This document shows positions 39,988 through 43,276 of a DNA stretch of 43,276 nucleotides, in pieces. Under the pieces are notes generated by a model. It was not told where the DNA came from, ran no database searches, and saw only the letters and a program-made list of their open reading frames with translations. How positions within the stretch are numbered: the stretch's first letter is position 1; each line of letters opens with the position of its first letter. A program made the translations under genes and the position numbers. The stretch is from a bacterium (GTDB lineage Bacteria > CAIJMQ01). Where the stretch lies: NCBI GenBank assembly GCA_023135785.1, contig JAGLSL010000034.1, positions 1 to 43,276 on the forward strand. Reading direction: 5' to 3'.

Positions 39988-41502
39988 ATGGGATTAAGAA
40001 AAAAGTTAGGTCTTTTAGGATTAATTTTTTCTATCTGCTGTCTTTATTCTCCATATGTTTTTTCATCTGTATCTAATTCTGATTTAGCAGATAAAGAATT
40101 AAACGCAGGAATCCTTTCCTTAAAAGTAGGGGATTGCGAAGATGCCCTGGAAAAATTTCAAAAAGTGTTGGGTGTTGATCCCGTAAATGCGGATGCTTAT
40201 TACTATTTGGGAACGACTTATTCTCAAATGGAAGACTTTTATAAAGCGGTTTCTTACTATCAGAAAGCCCTAATATTAAATCCGCAGTTAACAAAAATAC
40301 ATTTCTCCCTTGGCGTTGCTTATTATCAATTAAAACAATACGTAAACGCGTTAGAATCCTTGTCGCAGGCGGAACAATATTCGCCGGAAGATGCCATGGT
40401 TTATTATTATCAGGGCTCGACATATTACAGTATGAAAAAATATTACAAAGCTGTTGCCCCTTTTAGAAAAGTGAGAGAACTTGACCCTGCGCTTACGGTT
40501 TTGTCTTACTATTGGCAGGGAGTGTCTCTTTTTAAACAGAGTTTATATAATGAAGCGCAGTTTAATTTGTATCAGGTAAAACGTCTTTCTTCTGATTCAC
40601 AACTTGGCAAATCTTCCGATGAATTTTTACGCGCAATAGAAAAACGAACCAAACCTTTAAATTTAAACGCAAGTGTTGGCGTGGAATATGACGACAATGT
40701 TACCTTGCAATCGGGAGACGAAGACGCGTCTACTATTTCCGACAAAGAAGACGAAAGAGCTGTTGTTAATCTAAAACTTGCGCATCGTACTTTTGTAGAA
40801 CCGGGAGAAATAGGGATTTCTTATTCGTTTTATCAGTCTATGCACCATGATTTGACCGAATACAATGTTCAGGGACATACAGGTTCGTTATATTTTGCTT
40901 CAAATTTGCGTCCTTTTCAGCCCTCTATTCAATATAATTACGACCATTATCTCGTTGACAATGTTCAATATCTGGACAAACACACTATTACTCCCTCTTT
41001 AAATATTTCCGTTGCCTCTCCGCATATGACACAAGTGTATCTTCAGTATGAAAAACTCAATTATCTTATCTCTGTAGATGAAGACGAATCTAATAGGAGC
41101 GGTTCTGCAAATGCGGTTGGCTTAAGCCAATATTTTTCTATCATAGATGGTAAAGGTTACATAAAACTCAGCGGTGAATATAAAAACAATGATGCTCAAG
41201 GAGACGATTGGGATTATTCAGAATCTAAAGTCAGGTTAAGCGTATATGCTCCGACTCCAATTGACAAAATGAATATAGAAATTGGCGGTGAACAATCAAA
41301 CAGCAATTTTTTACACGAGGATTCTTCGTTTGAGCAAACCAGAAAAGATACAACTTTAAGCGGATGGATTGAATTTATATACAAATTGAACGACAATTGG
41401 AGCGTTGCCTTGAACTATAAACATACTAACAATAGTTCCAATATAGATTTTTACGAATATAAAAGAAATATAACTTCTTTATTTTTGAGTTGTAAGTTTT
41501 GA
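39988..41502 (+). CDS. TPR-repeat / C-terminal beta-barrel outer membrane protein
   Basis: Signal peptide (LGLLGLIFSICCLYSPYVFS). Several TPR units (A..YY.LG..Y....Y.KA...Y.KAL.L.P). A C-terminal ~290 aa of alternating beta-strand pattern ends in a terminal Phe (...LSCKF). Start set at ATG 39988. Confidence 0.75.
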   Translation: MGLRKKLGLLGLIFSICCLYSPYVFSSVSNSDLADKELNAGILSLKVGDCEDALEKFQKVLGVDPVNADAYYYLGTTYSQMEDFYKAVSYYQKALILNPQLTKIHFSLGVAYYQLKQYVNALESLSQAEQYSPEDAMVYYYQGSTYYSMKKYYKAVAPFRKVRELDPALTVLSYYWQGVSLFKQSLYNEAQFNLYQVKRLSSDSQLGKSSDEFLRAIEKRTKPLNLNASVGVEYDDNVTLQSGDEDASTISDKEDERAVVNLKLAHRTFVEPGEIGISYSFYQSMHHDLTEYNVQGHTGSLYFASNLRPFQPSIQYNYDHYLVDNVQYLDKHTITPSLNISVASPHMTQVYLQYEKLNYLISVDEDESNRSGSANAVGLSQYFSIIDGKGYIKLSGEYKNNDAQGDDWDYSESKVRLSVYAPTPIDKMNIEIGGEQSNSNFLHEDSSFEQTRKDTTLSGWIEFIYKLNDNWSVALNYKHTNNSSNIDFYEYKRNITSLFLSCKF

Positions 41503-41581
41503 TTGAAACGTAGTTTCAATCATCCCGCGAAGTATTGGGAAAATATCGTAGAAATTTTCCCGATGGTTTACGCCGCGGGAT
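41500..41581. repeat. hairpin cluster: 10-bp hairpin over the stop codon plus a nested 8+8-bp hairpin
   Basis: TGATTGAAAC-GTA-GTTTCAATCA (41500-41522). ATCCCGCG...CGCGGGAT (41522-41529 / 41574-41581) encloses GGGAAAAT-ATCGTAGAA-ATTTTCCC. Confidence 0.85.
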
Positions 41582-41615
41582 TATGACAGATACACAGATT
41601 AAAATATGCAAATTT

Positions 41616-41741
41616 GTCATTGCGATGGTCCGATGACTCCGAAAGGACGGAGTATACGGACTCTTCGGAGAGTGATAGCGACCGAAGCAATCTTGTATTT
41701 TGGGATTGCCACGCTCTCACAAGGTTCGGGCTCGCAATGAC
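41616..41741. repeat. structured repeat family copy C (126 nt, with an internal insertion)
   Basis: GTCATTGCGA (41616-41625) ... CGACCGAAGCAATCT (41679-41693) ... GATTGC ... TTCGGGC TCGCAATGAC (41732-41741). The arms and inner motifs match copy A. Confidence 0.88.
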
Positions 41742-41760
41742 GGAAAAGGAGTTTTAAAAA

Positions 41761-42603
41761 ATGAATAAAAATATATTAGGAATAATTTTCGTGGGGTTTT
41801 TGTTAATTGTAAGTGTTTCTTTTTCTTTATATGCCCAGGAATCAATCGGCAAAGTTGTCTCTTTAACCGGAACGGTAGAGGCGAGGCTCGATGAAGACGG
41901 AGCTTGGAGAGCGTTAAGTAAAAAAAGCGATATTTACGAAAAAGACACTATTAAAACGGGTGAAGATTCCAAAACGAGCATTTTCTTTGTTGACGAAACA
42001 AATGTTTCTATAGGACCCGAGACGACTATAAAAATAGAAAAACTTTTATGTTCTCCTGCCAAAAACCATCGGGAAGGAAAAATGAATGTTGTTATGGGGA
42101 AAGCGAGGTTTAATGTGGGAAAACTTTTCTCTAAGGACTCGTCTTTTGAAGTTCGCACTCCCACAGCAGTGGCAGGAGTTAAAGGTACAAGTTTTATCGT
42201 TCAGGTAACGTCCGAACAGTTGACGCAACTGATGGGGTTAAGCGGAGTAGTGACTGTAACAAATATTTTACCCGGAATTGAAGGCGAAGTGCTATTGACC
42301 AGCGGCGTTATGATATCGGTTGAAGACGGCGCGCCGCCGGGCGACCCGGTCCCTATAAGTTTTGACGAACTATTGAATTTCCTCCAAAGTTCGGGACTTC
42401 TTAACGATGGTGATGATGATGGTGGGGGACAGGGAGCAGGAAATGTCGGCGGGAACAATTTTGGAAATTTTAGAGGAGGCAATCAACAGGGTGGAGGCGG
42501 ACAGAATATAATTAACCAGCCGTTGGGGGGGGAGAATCTGCCTGCGCCGTTACCTGAACCGCCACCGCCGCCTGAATCGCCTGGTTATGAAATTGAAGGT
42601 TGA
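41761..42603 (+). CDS. secreted FecR-domain protein with Gly/Asn/Gln-rich then Pro-rich C-terminal tail
   Basis: Signal peptide, a FecR-like beta-sandwich pattern (G.V....G.V.......W......D.I...D.I.TG..S...I.F.D.....IGP.T...I; VRTPTAVAGVKGTSF), and the tail GGGQGAGNVGGNNFGNFRGGNQQGGGGQ...PEPPPPPESP. Confidence 0.7.
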   Translation: MNKNILGIIFVGFLLIVSVSFSLYAQESIGKVVSLTGTVEARLDEDGAWRALSKKSDIYEKDTIKTGEDSKTSIFFVDETNVSIGPETTIKIEKLLCSPAKNHREGKMNVVMGKARFNVGKLFSKDSSFEVRTPTAVAGVKGTSFIVQVTSEQLTQLMGLSGVVTVTNILPGIEGEVLLTSGVMISVEDGAPPGDPVPISFDELLNFLQSSGLLNDGDDDGGGQGAGNVGGNNFGNFRGGNQQGGGGQNIINQPLGGENLPAPLPEPPPPPESPGYEIEG

Positions 42604-42651
42604 TGTAATAGATTTTAGTGAAACAATTTTTAAAAGAGGTGAGATAAAAAT

Positions 42652-43276
42652 ATGTGTAAAAAAATGAATTTGCTCGGCAACAAAATCCTGTTGTCTTTGC
42701 TTGTAATTTTTTCTTTGGTTTGCTTTATCCAGCCTGTTCATGCCCAAGAGCACCCATGGACTGTTATGGTCTATATGGTGGCTGATGCCGATTCTATGGG
42801 AACGGCTCTTGCTGATGAGGCGACAATCTTGGGATTTAATTCGGAAGATACGGTGTTTTTGGATGAATCGGGAGTAGCAGATACCCAGAGGTTAGTGAAT
42901 TTTGTCCAAGGCGCCGTGGCAGCAAACCCCGCCCAAAAATACGCTCTTATTCTCTGGAATGCGGCAAGTCTTTATGGCGACGAAGAAAAGCTTTCAGTTG
43001 CAGATATAAGAAGCGCATTAGATGAGTTGGGGGTAAACATAAATCTTATCGGTTTTGACGGTGGTTCTATGGGAATGCTTGAAGCCGCTTACGAAATAAA
43101 AGATTATGCGGATGTAATGGTTGCTTCCGAAAAGAATCAGTCCCCAGGCACATGGCCCTATGATACTATTTTGAATGAGTTGGTTAATGTTGACACCGAA
43201 ATGAGTTCCGCCCAGTTATCTCAAACAATAGTGGATAAGTATGGAGCGCCGGATGCAGGTAACGCCAACAATTCCC
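42652..43276 (+). CDS. clostripain-like (peptidase C11 family) secreted protein, 3'-truncated by the window end; catalytic dyad apparently substituted
   Basis: Translated by hand. Signal peptide ...FIQPVHA, WTVMVYMVADAD, YALILWNAAS in place of the expected W-x-H-G, and LIGFDGGSMGMLEAAYEIKDYADVMVASE in place of the expected F-D-A-C-x-M, then PGTWPYD. Confidence 0.6.
   Translation, partial: MCKKMNLLGNKILLSLLVIFSLVCFIQPVHAQEHPWTVMVYMVADADSMGTALADEATILGFNSEDTVFLDESGVADTQRLVNFVQGAVAANPAQKYALILWNAASLYGDEEKLSVADIRSALDELGVNINLIGFDGGSMGMLEAAYEIKDYADVMVASEKNQSPGTWPYDTILNELVNVDTEMSSAQLSQTIVDKYGAPDAGNANNS

Overview
AT-rich bacterial chromosome segment, standard genetic code. The PVC-type DUF1559/H-X9-DG pseudopilin genes suggest a PVC/Omnitrophota-like organism; that is inference only. 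Positions 1-16.9 kb are core. They hold tRNA-Tyr, tRNA-Gly and tRNA-Thr, then tuf and an unbroken S10-spc-alpha ribosomal superoperon (rpsJ to rplQ, with secY, adk, infA, rpmJ, rpoA). rpmD (L30) and map are absent, and several r-proteins carry Lys/Glu-rich extensions. The rest is mixed housekeeping and accessory DNA:
- a ferredoxin-fused EtfA with no EtfB partner, a Fic protein, FxsA and a DUF45 metallohydrolase;
- small membrane proteins next to a SLOG/MoCo-carrier-like gene, a 3D-domain lipoprotein and uvrB;
- a small DUF4258-like/DUF2283 toxin-antitoxin-like pair;
- a cobalamin riboswitch whose first downstream gene is a pilin-like DUF1559/H-X9-DG protein, followed by metE, a 101-aa ORF, thyX and a second, truncated DUF1559 gene;
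- a HUH/Y1 (RAYT/IS200-like) transposase gene flanked by 27-bp perfect inverted repeats, abutting that truncated gene;
- a nucleotidyltransferase-fold gene, a GC-rich secreted protein, ldhA and uppS;
- an AGXT-type aminotransferase, a short serA and a homocitrate/isopropylmalate-synthase-like gene;
- an envelope cluster: a TPR-beta-barrel OMP, a FecR-domain protein and a clostripain-like protein that appears to lack its catalytic dyad.
The most unusual signals are at the nucleotide level:
- a 54-nt GC-rich double hairpin inserted in frame in the EtfA ferredoxin domain, with a relative in an intergenic spacer;
- a structured GTCATTGCGA...TCGCAATGAC repeat family (two full copies and one half copy) that also supplies a protein C-terminus;
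- long imperfect palindromes built from short low-complexity words in most of the longer spacers examined, some sharing exact 12- to 19-mers across loci;
- a roughly 140-nt closed-stem element overlapping a promoter.
No CRISPR array, rRNA or reverse transcriptase was seen; the only intact transposase is the RAYT-like gene. All homology calls come from motif recognition by eye. No database search was run.
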